Part shown: positions 46,400 through 58,150 of the stretch, in pieces | How the letters are laid out: each line of letters opens with the position of its first letter | How positions within the stretch are numbered: the first letter of the stretch is position 1 | From: Psilocybe cubensis | Lineage: Eukaryota | Direction of reading: 5' to 3' | Length of the DNA: 64,000 nucleotides | NCBI GenBank assembly: GCA_017499595.2 | Contig: CM039004.1 | Coordinates: forward strand, 1,984,001-2,048,000 | Made by a program: the position numbers and the translations under genes | The notes under the pieces: generated by a model | What the model was told of the DNA's origin: nothing | What the model saw: only the letters and a program-made list of their open reading frames with translations | Database searches by the model: none

Positions 46400-49300
46400 G
46401 TCTTTAGTATTCCCTGCATTTGAGTAGGAAGCGTTTGACAGTTTTGACCACTCTTTGGCCGTCGCATCTTTCGAAGCATTGTGGGCAGTGCTTGTCCTGT
46501 TCCATGTTTATCCTGCTGAGATGGTTGTTCAGTGGGATGTGTCCCGAGCGCAGCTGGATTATAACGCTGGCTTGGGTTCTATTGAGTGTTTTCAGCACTT
46601 TTTGATACCTGTTGAATGGGAATTCGGTGTCAATGTGTTGGAATTTGGCCTTTCTCTTGGAGTTATCCCATCAATCTCACCATATTGTCATTAGTTCAGC
46701 ATGGTAGACTTGTTTCTCGGCTGATGCACTGTATTTCATTTTATTTTGCAGCAATTCTGGGAGTTCTTCAACTGGCAATGATTTGCCTTCCGCCGCCCAC
46801 TTAGCTTCCTCGTCAGCTTTCTCGTTTCCTAGTACATCAGAGTGCCTGGAGATCCAATGTAGGGTAATTTTCCCCTATAGGTCACAATATTCTTTATCAA
46901 TGTTCAACATGAAGTGCTGACCGGACTTAGCTTTAGGCCATTCCAGGTTTTTCAGTAGCAATTGATTATTGCTGAATACGTCTATCGTACTTCTGCGTGA
47001 TGGTTTCTCATTCCGTATCAGTTTGGAGGCTAGTAGGCCTCCTACTGCTTCGGCTTTGTACGTGTTGTGCTCGTCTTTTGTACACATGTATAGGCGGAGA
47101 ACCTTGCCATGTTGGTCTCTACAATTTTTGAAGAGCACTGCCGCTATCATACCCGAATCCTGATTGGAGATGAGATGTTCATTTTGGATCTACACACGAT
47201 GCCCTCAACCCAAGCAGTCATTCTTTCCATAAGTCATCCACTCATCTTATCTTATCAACACTCATCATATGGGAGCCACGTTATTCCGGATCATGTTATT
47301 CTGTCAGATCATCAAGGCTATGCAACGGATTAGTCAACCATCAAACTGCACAGCTTTTTACACTGCCTTGCACAGCCAGACTATCAACTCTATTTTTATC
47401 AACTCAATGGTCTTACTCAGCGTCAGACTGCAGATTACTCATTCCAACTTATTTTTGGTTTGTCTTACTCATCCTTTTGTGTTTATTTATATCTTTTCTA
47501 TTGTCTGTTGCACTTTTATTGTCTTTGTCTTACCAATCTTCTATGCTTTCTGACTCATCCTTGCTTCTTTTATCTAATCTGTATTACCATTCACCTTTGT
47601 CGTACACTTCTTTCATACTCATCCTATTCATTTCTTATCTGTCATCGTGTCGATATTGACATGTCTTATTGTTCTTGCTTATTGTTACACTTGCGTAGCC
47701 TCATTCTTGACACTTTGTACAGTATATGACTTGGTTTTCAGTAGCTCAGATTGGTATTTTGTTCACGTAGCTTTTAGTATAAAAGCTGTAGTAGAATTAC
47801 ACAAAATGATAGGAAAGTTACACCCAGTCCCCACTTTCTTCAAAGCAAGTCAATTTTCATCCAAGTCAAGTCAATTTCAAGTCAATCCATATCAATTCAT
47901 TTCAATTCCAAGTTCAAGTTTAAGCCAAGCCCAAACCCAAGTCCAATTCAGTCATCAGTTCCACCCTCCGTCGAGACCAAGTTTACTTCCATTCATTCGA
48001 AGTCATCTCGCTTTCCATTGATAGAGGATTTCTTCCAAGACCAGTCCTCCTTCTCATCCAACGCCTCTTCTTCTCAGCATTAAACATCCCATGTCTATCC
48101 AGACATCCAGTACTCCCTACTTCCTCTCCCCCATCCAATCCGTCACTGCTCCTACTCTTTCTACACCTTCCAACCATTGCCGTTAGGAGTGTATTCAAGA
48201 CATCCTTTCCCTCCGTCAACTCATCTGGAGCTATTTCATTCGAGACAGACTTAGTCTTTCATCCTCAATTCAGTCAATACTCCCACAACGTATAGCTTCA
48301 TTCCAAGCTTCAGAAAGATTGTCAATTTAAGGACACTTTCATCTTCACCATTCCCAAGATTCAGCCCTTCAATGACGTTCCAACTTCTAGTCATCTTCTT
48401 ATTTCCCCTCAAAACATTCCCCACTCACTTCAGACAACCCCTCTAAGATTCACATTTATTGATTTTTTATCCGCATTCTACGCACCTTCTTCACGCTTTC
48501 CATATACACCCGCCATCCAATTTTACGGTTCCATCACATTTTTGGAAGGCTTATTTACCATCGTACCCAGACGACCTGGTTATCCTCTTCTTACCATTTT
48601 GCTTTTGTTACCTTTCACAATCCACACCATCCTAATCTACTTAAATCCTAGGCAGCGTCCTCCCTTAAGAAACTTAGGAGAAGGTTTTGTCCTATTCAAT
48701 CTGGACCACTCTTTCCCTGGGGTTTGTGTTTGTTGGATTACATATAGTTTATAACCAATCACAAACTTCGATCTTCACCGCGCCTCCAGTTCTATTATCG
48801 TGGCTGGACCCGTTGGTATACACTCTGATGTCGGCGGTGCTTTCTCTTTTGTATTTTATTGATTCCTCTTGCGTTTTGGCTATGATGATCTTGAAGGGTG
48901 GGTGGTAGTTTGAAGTGTTTGGCATAGGTGAGATTGTTTCTATTGTGCTTGGTTTGAGGTCAAATACACGTATCAGATTGTTTATTGGGGTTTTATGTTG
49001 TTTTTCAGGGCAGGTCTTGGCTCTCAATATTGCCTTGTAGAGAGGATGCGTGTCGGGTAGTGTTGATATACATACCATAGCCCTGCGACAGGCCTTGAGT
49101 AGTGCCAATTTGAGTGGGAGGACGCCCGCATGGGCATCTAATAGTTCGGTGGGTGTCAATCTCATCGCTCCAGTGATTGACAGGGTGGCCTTCCGCTGTA
49201 TTGTGGACATTCTTCTGAGTGCCGTTACCAATCCAATATTGTTTTTGTATCCAATTGGCTTTGTTGGGGGGTGTACCATACGTCAATGCCATATGTTAAC

Positions 49301-51816
49301 CTTGATAGCACAGTTGCGATGTAAAGTTGTCGCAGTAAGTACAGGTGTATTCCCGTGGTGGGTTTCGCCAGTCGTGTGAAGTTTGCTACGCAGGCCGTTG
49401 CTCTTTCAATGGCCTTCTGCAGGTGAGTCTTCCATTTGAGTTGACAGTCTAGTTGAAAGCCTAGACATTTGAAGTCCCGCACTTGTGGTACCAGTTCGCC
49501 GTTGATCTCCAGCTGAGGGTGTTCAAGAGAATCGGGATTTTGTGGGTCAAGGTGCATTACCGCCTGTTTGGCGGGTGCAAATCTGGAGTTGTGGCTATTG
49601 CTCCACGTGAGTGCTCCGCCTTCTTTGTGAATTAGGATACTCAGCTTGTCCGTAGTTTCATTGAAATTGTCTCCTGTTGCCAGTATCATAATGTCATTGA
49701 CATATCCTATGGTGTCCTCTCCATTGTCAGGGTCTACAATTTCTAGGAGGTCAGCATTGTATATGATGTACAGAATCATTGACAAGGGGTCTCCTTGACC
49801 GATCCCATTGTCTATCTCCATCAGTGCCGATACAAAGTCGTCGAACTTCAACTTTGTTTTCCTGTTTTTGAGGAGCTCCCATATGAACGTGATGTATACT
49901 TCAGAGATGCAATATTTCTTGAGATTGTGCAAGAGCTGGTCAGTTACTGCATTTGGGAAGGCTCCCTCTACATCCAGGAGCAGCATTGATACTACTTTTC
50001 CCTTTCTCCACGCGGTTTTTACCTTGTCGACCATGTAATGTATGGCGTCTGTTGTTATTCTTTCTGGTCTCTCTCCGAAGTGGGTGTTGGGTAGGAGTTT
50101 GTGCTCTTCCACGAGGTGGCTGATCTTCTCTGCTACAATCTCCGTGAGTATTTTGGGCAGTGTGTTGAGCAGTGCGATGGGTTGATACGCCTTTGCTGTC
50201 TTGTAGTTTGGTTTTCCCGGTTTTTTGAGTACCACTGTGATGGAATGTTTCCACGTTTTGGGATAGTGGCCCATTTTAAGGATGATATTGTATATTGAGT
50301 GCAGGCGGTTGGTTATCAAGGGGGCGGTCTTCTGGAGCACGACATTTGGTATCTCGTTAATACCGCAGGCTTTGTATAGGGAGAGTCGGGTGATTTGACG
50401 TTGGATTTGTTGTTGGGTTACGTGTCCTCGGTCGGGTATTAGATCCGGGTAGTCATATACCTGTGGTACAGAGAAGTGATCTGGTTTTTTAGGAAAGAAA
50501 GTGTGTGCGAATATCTTAGCTTTTTTATTGTTAGACGACACTTCTTCGCTCTCATCGTATTCATTTACCACCATTAGTGAGGAAATCCTAGGCTATCCGC
50601 CGTCACCTACTGGGTTCTTGAAGTATTGATTTGCCATCCATATGTTGGTGCCTACCGCTTCTAATAGCCATTTGCTTCAGTGGTTCCATTTTGTGTCGAG
50701 GACTAATCTTGCGAACACGTGTTTGGCCGCTTTGAACTCCATGTGACAGGGGTGGTGTGGTTCCGTACGGAATCTGTGGTGCAGACTGCCTAGTCTGTTT
50801 TTGAGTCTCTTTGCCTCTTCCACTTTGCTGGTCCACTAGGATTTTGATTCTGGTAATGGTTTGCGGATTTTTACCACCTCTTTAATGGTGGCCTGCAGAG
50901 CAAAGGTTAGTACCCCCACGTCCCTGTTGATGTCCTGGGCCGAGTTGAGTGGTAGCGTTTTGCCCTCTTTGTTTAGTCGTTTTTTGAGCACGTCCCAGAA
51001 ACGTGACCAGTTTGCTGTGCGGAAGTTTCTTTCCATCACTTTATTGGCTCTTCTGCAGCTGACATCGATTTTGGTGACAATGGGGTAGTGGTTAGTGTTG
51101 GCTGGCCAGTTGTTGTAGTTGACGTTGCATTTTGTAATGTATTCCATGAGTTGTTCTAAGGGAAAAACGTTGTCAGGGCACGATAACATTTTTGTTATCA
51201 TGTGTTCCAACGTTGGCAGGCCTTTTGGCAGTGTCATTGCCATGTTGTTGTCCTCCATGAATTCAATTAGTTGGTCTGCATCTGTCAATGCCTGCTGCGT
51301 GAATAGCCTCTCATCTTCATCTCGGTCCCACATTGGGTGGTGTAGGTTGAAATTGCAGGCCCAGATTTGGTGTGTGTTTTGTTCGTTTAATTTGTGTTGG
51401 TAGTCCTTGATATATTGTTGGAGTACTTGAAGTGTTCGACCTGAGCATCCAGAGTAGTATACGTTGAAGATGAAAATGGTTCCTTTCGTGCATGTAAGCT
51501 TGATCGCCGTGAGATCGTTTGAATCCAGAATTACGATTTTACTCCACTGGCTCGTATCAAGCCTTTTCTTCACCCAGATGTCTGACCTGGTTGTGGAGTT
51601 GTTCGCTCTGTTCATAGAGTATATCGGGCGGAAGTGTGCACTTGTCCTAATGTTACCAAAGTGTGTAATGTGTGGTTTTTGTATGAGTACGATGTTGTAT
51701 TCTTTTCCAAGATTTGCATTTATGAGTTCAAGGTGAGCAACCTCCAACTTGTTGAGATTTATCTGTAGGATCTTTGATTGGTAGATATACTGCTCAGAAT
51801 TGTGGGCTATACTCAT
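46400..51816 (-). pseudogene. LINE ORF2 (EN-RT-RNase H), mutated and interrupted
   Basis: ILQINLNK, LIQKP, CNFNLHHPMW, YQPIALLNT, LLDVEGAF, GIGQGDPLS, YVND (for YADD), RVYTNGS, WISRHSDVLGNEKADEEAK, IQLRSGHIPLN.HL. Confidence 0.88.
47145..48777 (+). mobile_element. Solo-LTR-like insertion (~1.63 kb) in the LINE RNase H domain
   Basis: Flanked by CCGC on both sides (47141-47144, 48778-48781); ends TA...CA (probably decayed TG...CA); subterminal TGATTGG/CCAATCA; TATAAAAG at 47778; no coding capacity. Confidence 0.72.
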
Positions 51817-52038
51817 CTATTGTGCGTCATCATCTTCCCCTTGTGTCTTGTTGGTTGGCAACTGTTTGTTTGTGGTTGGCTTTCAAGAGGGCTCAGGTTC
51901 TGGGCTCTGCTCAGGCGTTTTCAGTGTGGGTTGTCATGTGTTTGTTGGTGGTTCGACTGTCCACCTAGGGGATTGTCCGCATGCGAATTCTTTGTTTTGC
52001 AGGGTTTTAGGTGCTGCACTAGCGTCCATACTCCAGGT

Positions 52039-53454
52039 CTAGGATTTGTCCGTGGGGATGAAAGGGAGCTTGTTCTCTGGGGTACGTTCATCCTTCTTGG
52101 TGATCTTCTTAATAAAGACTAGGCAGGTTCTGTCGTAGCTGGGGTGGTCGTTGGCATTGCAGGATACGTAGTGCATCTTCGTCTTTTTGCAATTGGGTAT
52201 GCAGTGTCTGTCTTTCTCTCCGCAATGGCCGCAAATGTTATGCTTGGAGATGCATTCCTTGGCAAAGTGATTGTATCCTTGACATTTGAGGCATCTAATT
52301 GGGTCAGCCCTATATTTCTGCACTCTCACCCTTTTATTTGCGATGTACATGCCTATTGCAATCAGCCTATTGGCCTCACTAGTGTTGTTTATTGTGAGTA
52401 TTATGTAGGCACTCTTCTGACCTACCGCTCAATGTGAGATTTTCTTTGCCCATCTCATTGAGATGATGGTGCCTTCATCTACCCTGTTTGCTTCTTCAAC
52501 CTCCCGCAGAAATTCCGCATCCTCCGGTTCTGCTGACAGAGGAACTCTCATTGCAATTAGCTTGTATGTTCTCTTCTTGGTCGTAACATCCTTGCCAATG
52601 TGTTTGCACAAGTTCCTTTGATTGTTGTCGGTTTGCATCCAGGCTGCCCCAAAATCCGAGTCAAATTCGATTAACAGGCTGCCATTCTGCTGCTTGATGG
52701 CAGAACAGATCCTGACTGCGCCTTCTGGCTCAAGAGTCTGCAGAATTTTGTTTATTGCGTTTTTCGCTTTTCTGTCGCCCATGGAGCCAATTTTTGATTC
52801 TTTGTTTATGCCTTTGAGCATTGTCTGTCATGCACGGATCCCGTATTGGGCCAGCATTCTTGGATTTGTTGCGACATTCGATTGTACAAGTATGTGGTTT
52901 ACTATAAATAGGCCTTTCAATAAGGCTTGACTGTACAATCCGCCGTTCAGTGTTTATTGTGGTACTGCCTGCGCTGCCGATTTGATTAGATTGGCAGTGG
53001 CTTTATTTATCTCATCCAGTTTCTGATCGACCTTGTCCTGGGCGTGTTGAACCAGGGATTTGATCTTGTTCATAAAAGTCGCCAACTCCTCGCCGAAGCC
53101 GTCGTGGTATGTTTGCATCGCCATTGGTAGTTCTATCTCTTCAAGCATGAAGGCAAGCCCCCTCATTGCCTGGATCACTGTTGGTGGCATCTTAGCCAAC
53201 ATCTGCACTATCTGGAATAGGCAGGTGGCGGCCTGGTGGTGCGTCAAGCCCTGCCCTGCTAGCACCAAGAGTTGGTGTTCCTCTAGGTAGGAGCGGCCTC
53301 CTTTCGTGTTCTGCACTTGCTGCAGTTCTTTGTTGATTACCATTCCCTTGCTTCTTGTTGTTCGGTCTGCCATAAATGAGTCATTTTGACCCAGGGTGGG
53401 TGGATTTCCTATGGGTGTCTTCCTGGCACGTGCTGTGCTAGTGTTGACATTCAT
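52039..53454 (-). pseudogene. LINE ORF1 (gag-like), broken by stops and frameshifts
   Basis: CLKCQGYNHFAKEC, CGHCGEKDRH..C and CNANDHPSYDRTC knuckles, spread over three ORF fragments. Confidence 0.8.
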
Positions 53455-54472
53455 TGACAGTTTTAATGGGTGTGGGTGTTTTTGTGTGTGAGTGTGGGAT
53501 TTGGGTACTTAAGGTACATGTTTTGTGTGTATATTACTCTACTCAAAAGCTTTTACTCCCTTCAGGTTGTTCCTTTACGCTCTATGTGCATGGAAAACTT
53601 GCTGGAGGTGGTGGTTGCGGATTAAGGAGCGGTAATGTAGGCCATTGCTTATAGCATAGCATTTACAAAGCTTTTTTTATCTTGCTAGAGCGATACAATT
53701 CAAGTCTGTTTTTTCATTCTATGAAGCCCTCTTTTATAGAACTCTATTAGGATATAGCATTTTCAATATAGAAAATTATTTATTCTATAAAGAGACTACT
53801 AAAATTCTATAAACCTATTGTCTTCAAGCTCTGCACGGTGGCACTATCCAGGATATAACTAATTTGCCACTGCTTGTATTCAAATGTGTGGTGTCCAAAA
53901 AGATGACACATGGCTACAGTCACCAGACGCATGGTTAGATAATTTGTGATGGAATATGTAATGTTTATTTAAAAAATGTATTGACATTTTATTGCATAAT
54001 TAGCAGCTAATTATGCAAGAATTATGTTGTCAGAGATTAAAAAAGATGATACACATTTATCCATAGATTATGTAGACATTATGTATTTATAAAAAGATTA
54101 CATATCTTTTAAATATCATTTGTATTGACTAATATAACAATTATGCAAAATCTATACAAATATAAAATGTAATAAAGCATGGCATACCTTTGTTGTGGCA
54201 TTTTTGATGTTTGTTATTAGAGTTCTAAATTGAAATTTCCAAATTGGCGTATAAAGCTGTTGGCCAAGTTTGGCAGACTATTTTCCGCCTGTGGAGTTAA
54301 TGTCACAAAAATTTCTGCAAGAGGACATTATTTTCTAGCCTTGGCACATTTATTTTCTTGGTGTTAGGGTAGAAAAAGAGAGCATGACATGCAGTGGCAT
54401 ACATGTTGTGGATATATTGTGGTGGACTGCGGTGTTGTTGGGGTTGAGAACACAATATGCATGATACTGCGT

Positions 54473-54531
54473 TGAAGATCGAAGTTTGTGATTGGTTATA
54501 AACTATATGTAATCCAACAAACACAAACCCC
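54473..54531 (-). repeat. Second copy of the terminal 59 bp of the solo-LTR-like element
   Basis: Exact reverse complement of 48719-48777; identity stops abruptly at 54531. Confidence 0.88.
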
Positions 54532-54974
54532 CACATAAGACAGTTTATTTATAACGTACATTACCTAAGATTTAATAATAAGGATATTACGTGAGACACG
54601 GTGGATTTACTTCCGCTACCTAATTAGGAGATTAGCGTGATGTACGTGTGATTTAGCCTGGCAAATCATAGCGTACATGACGTGCCATTTAGCGCTAAAT
54701 GGAGCCGCCGGGTGGCCTGCGGGATCCGCGCGTCTACCTACACGGAAGAAACATGGGCCGGAAATGAGCCGGACGGGTCCATTTGCATCCCGTGTATTGC
54801 AAGCAGACAGATCCGCTTGACCCGTGTTGTGCTGTCAGACGGACCCATTCATCCATCTGCTTCTGTATTCCGACAAATATCCGCCTTGAATCGTACATTG
54901 GATGACCGTTAATATATGTAATAAGGTGTATAGATTATACTGGCAGCAAATTCCTTTCCACATACCCTGATAGT

Positions 54975-56254
54975 ATGGATTATGCCTTTGAGCTAACCCA
55001 ATCCCTCTCAAACTACATGAAGGCAAAGATAGCTAGTCGTCTTTGGCATGCAGAACTGCCTAATCAAATCCGGGAAAACTTCAGTGCTGAGACCATGTTT
55101 GAGTGCAATCTAGCTGTGGAGGTGATTTTGCAGGCATTTGAAAATCAAGGTATGCAATCAATAAGCTTTGAAAATTGAGATTAAATAATGTGTGAATGGC
55201 AGAATATACGACGTGGGATGCAGAAGAATATTTGACCCATCTCAGCGCACGTTGCACGGGTCAGAATTCTGCCGTTGAGGCTTGCCTGAAAGACCAGTTT
55301 CCTCCGGTGCATTCCACGTTACAGTACCAAACCCTGCCTGGAACTGTAATCGATAGTGCAGGCAACATATTGGTGTGGTACCTGCCAGGTATTTTGTCAG
55401 AGACAAGGGTGGTGAGTTTTAGAAACGGACCGATTAATTCCTATATTATGCGTTCTAAAGAGTAACAGGAGAGTGTGTGGAATTCATTACGGGATATTGA
55501 AACAATGATTCACAAGGCGGCACCTTTGGCCACAAGCTGGAGGGTCAATGACAGTTACTTTCGACATGAGCCAGGTTGGCTTCAACCTGGAAATCTTAAC
55601 TTTTCCCCGGCATGGTTTCAGCAAGGCCATGAGGTGAGAAACTTGTTTGCTAAGTATTATACTGCCTCATATTTTCCTCAGACGTCCAACCCGCTTGAGG
55701 TCTCCTTGGACTTGTGTAATCCTATTGGACAGGAGTTTATACGAGACATGATGACATCTTCGGCTTTGCTGGGAGCCATCTTGAGCATTATACACCCCGA
55801 GCAGTACCGGGCGGGAATAAAATTTCTTCAACGGCTTGCTGCGGAACCGGAGCTCGTCCATAAGGCCGAAATATTGAAGCAAATTCTCACAATATGGAGT
55901 TCGCCCTTTGGAGTCATGACCGCCATCAGCAACCGAGATACATCGTACCATCGGGATAATGGGTCATGCTACTCATGGTACGATTTTTTGATGCCACTTG
56001 GGAAGGGTGAACACGGACGGCTTGAGCTTCCTGGCCTTGGACTTCGGTACAAGTATGATCCCATGACCCTTGTTGCAATTACCGGCAGGTTGCTTCAACA
56101 CGGCGCGGTGTGCAAGGGAGATAGGGCAGTCATAGTCTATTACATGCGTAGGACTGTATTTAAAGAGCTGGGAGTCCAAGAGGCGGGATGGTCTACTACG
56201 TACGATCTTTTTGCAAATTTACCGGCCACCAATACTTTTGATTTTGAAATATGA
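54975..56254 (+). CDS. TET/JBP-family Fe(II)/2-oxoglutarate dioxygenase, 4 exons, ~373 aa
   Basis: Exons 54975-55149, 55203-55411, 55469-55633 and 55682-56254 splice in frame. Motifs ILVWYLPG, NFSPAWFQQGH, NRDTSYHRD (HxD), LELPGLG..Y.P, LLQHGA (H), GDRAVIVYYMR (R). Confidence 0.87.
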
Positions 56255-56349
56255 TCAGTTTTTGACTTGGAAGTTGGGTTTGGGGAAGATTTTTTTATAT
56301 TTCCAAAACAAAACGGTACAAAAGCTACAGAACAACCAGAATTCTCTGT

Positions 56350-56620
56350 CCCAGGGTGTTTCCGACGCGCCCGCGCTGAGCTCTTCCAAGGTTACCGGAA
56401 TCATCGGACTCCGCCATTGTATTACCGGCGGAAAAGGCATCATCCGCCTCCTCTTTGATGTCCTGTGCGAGAGGTGGGCAACTAAGATTCCTCATCCCAG
56501 GGTGTTTCCGACACGTCCTCGCTAAGCTCTTCCGAGTTACCGGAAGCATCTGACTCCTCCGTCGTATCACCGGCGGAAGACTCCTCATCCGCCTCCTCTT
56601 CAAAGTCCTGTGCAAGATGC
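56350..56620. repeat. Diverged direct repeat (~125-bp copies, ~146-bp period)
   Basis: CCCAGGGTGTTTCCGAC..CGCT.AGCTCTTCC...TTACCGGAA..CCGGCGGAA..CATCCGCCTCCTCTT..GTCCTGTGC occurs twice. Confidence 0.8.
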
Positions 56621-58106
56621 TCTAAAAACGTAGCTGGTGTAGAGGATTCAGTGGTATCGGACGTACTATCAATATCATCCTCTTCTCCCGGGAAAACAGG
56701 TCTTGACCTTGCGTTAAAAAGGAAGGCATTGCTGGTGTGTGCATTTGACGGAGGGCTGACGGAACTGGGAGTAGGCAGAGTATCTGTTGGGAGATGAATA
56801 TTTGCAGTGTTGGAGGGTGGCGAATGATACCAGAGTGGATGAAAAGGTAGTTCCTTGACGGCAATAAAAGAATAAAAAATGTTGTTGATGTAAAATGAAG
56901 CGACTTTGAGCTTTGAGACCTCGAAGGACCGGGCTTGAGCCGTTATAGCGCCCCAACTGTCAGGAGAAGGGTGAACGGGATGCTGAAATTTGTATTTGGC
57001 TGAAAGCCCCTTGCCGTTAGAGAACGGGTGCTCCTTAGAGTCAATCCACATCTTCTCCAATACAGAATATCTGCCCAAGGCGGCCGAAGAAGTAGTCACT
57101 GCTTTATGGGCATTCTTCATTTTGTCCGCCACATTCCGGCGCAGGTGAGCCAACTCCCTCATTACGCCCGTTAGGATAGGCTGACCGCAGCGGGGACAGT
57201 AGGGCGGTCTGTGGTCAGAAATTGCAATTGGGGATGTTTCATCCCGCGTGTTTGCAACACGGGTCGGCGGATTGGGTTTCCCCGTGGGCGGTGAAAACGC
57301 GGAGCCGTGCTTTCCCGTCAACGCGGATCCGTGCTTCCCCGAGGTGGGGACGGATGTCCGTTCAGCCGCCTTTCCCTTGCCCTTGGGATTGTTTTCCTGA
57401 TTTCTTGGAGGCCCAGAGGTAGATGAACTTGCGCCCTCCTTAGCTTCTTTCCTCTGATTATTTAGCCGGAGTACCTCTTGTTGGTATTCAGGCAGAACCA
57501 CCTGGTGGGAAGGACGCAAATCAGATATAATCCACAGCAATAAAAAAACATACCTTGTTCCAAAATTCTCTTGCTTGCGATTCAACGGTAACAAAGGCAA
57601 CTTGCCACTCATCGCCTTCAGCAAATCCGTCCCTCCACCAATATCCCCAGCTCTTGGTCTGATTTAAAATTTCATCATCTTCCCATGCTGACCAGCTTTG
57701 ATTTAGAGATTCAAATAAAACAGCTCGATGGTGGGGAGTTCGGTTCAAAACGGCATGTACGCTCTGATTGAGAATTTCTGATATAAAAAATGGAATATCG
57801 ACTTGGAATCCATTGACATAGCAGTATCCGAGTACTCTCAGCAGTATAGCCTGACGACCAGTTCTCAATACAAGATATAATCGTTCAAAATTACTGTCTT
57901 ACCACCTCCAGGTCGAGCAAATACATCCATTTTTGGCAACGCACGGAGGAAACAGAGTCTCCGTTTGCAATGAACAAACGGTATCCGGCACGGATCCGTG
58001 CACCACAAATATGGACATGAACTTTGGCCAGAGCACGTCGCTCATCATAGGTAAGGAGATGATGTTCGTCCTCGACAGGAGGTTTAAAAAGCCGCGGTAA
58101 GTGCAT
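56482..58106 (-). CDS. Uncharacterised transposon cargo protein (Trp-rich N-terminus, CPRC motif, acidic tail)
   Basis: Three successive minus-strand ORFs separated by GT-AG-like introns, starting MHLPRLF just downstream of the transposase stop. Confidence 0.55.
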
Positions 58107-58150
58107 GAATTCAACAAGATGGGATACAACAAGAATGTTCAAAGAACTGG

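Larger units (their letters stand above)
45958..53550 (-). mobile_element. Degenerate Tad1-like non-LTR retrotransposon (LINE)
   Basis: ORF1 with zinc knuckles; ORF2 with AP endonuclease, RT, RNase H and terminal Cys motif; A-rich tail at ~45958-45978 (T-rich on +). The 5' end is approximate. Confidence 0.88.

Noticed and set aside
47269-48754. Several hydrophobic ORFs inside the 1.6-kb insertion
   Set aside because: By-products of T/C-rich low-complexity sequence.
53834-54434. Possible CAC...GTG-bounded element with weak inverted similarity (TGCCACTGC)
   Set aside because: The match is too short and degenerate to call without alignment statistics.
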